Of a stretch of DNA of 64,000 nucleotides, positions 63,816-64,000 are shown piece by piece. The stretch is from Octopus sinensis. Its lineage: Eukaryota. Each line of letters opens with the position of its first letter. Within the stretch, counting starts at the first letter, position 1. Made by a program: the position numbers and the translations under genes. Below the pieces are notes generated by a model that ran no database searches, was not told the DNA's origin, and saw only the letters and a list, made by a program, of their open reading frames with translations. The DNA is taken from assembly GCF_006345805.1 (NCBI RefSeq), contig NC_043010.1, forward strand, positions 2,604,001-2,668,000. Reading direction: 5' to 3'.

Positions 63816-64000
63816 TCAAGAGCAGGAGGTGGTTTTAGCAGGTTTAAACAAATCCTCTTGGCATATATATTTCTATTTAATATACATATATATATATTTC
63901 TATTTAATATACATGTATATATAAATCTTTGTTGCAATTTCAACATGGCTGTTCCATATGAACCGATTACTATCATTTTTTTTTGACCCAAGATGACATC

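Overview
AT-rich eukaryotic DNA made almost entirely of (TA)n/(CA)n microsatellite fields and decayed transposons. The SINE families look like those of octopus (coleoid cephalopod) genomes; this is recognition, not a database result. I found no intact host protein-coding gene, rRNA, tRNA gene or CRISPR array. Most ORFs in the track are microsatellite read-throughs or transposon fragments. Recognisable elements are two RTE-type LINE families, an R4/Dong-like RLE fragment, Neptune-type Penelope-like elements (PLEs), three tRNA-derived SINE families, Tc1/mariner, pogo/Tigger, hAT and piggyBac remnants or MITEs, a non-autonomous Helitron and a Gypsy 3' end with its LTR. The main signal is a set of minimal type I hammerhead ribozyme motifs (CUGANGA...GAAA...GUA). 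They occur in several sequence-unrelated short elements, most of them flanked by (TA)n tracts. Three of these elements are divergent inverted repeats with one ribozyme core per strand (8696-8826, 26904-27053, 27222-27807). Four elements are stacked within about 2.6 kb around GIY-YIG PLE remnants (26832-29440). Also notable are a ~21-bp phased A-tract array (43110-43994) and a near-identical 1082-bp tandem duplication.
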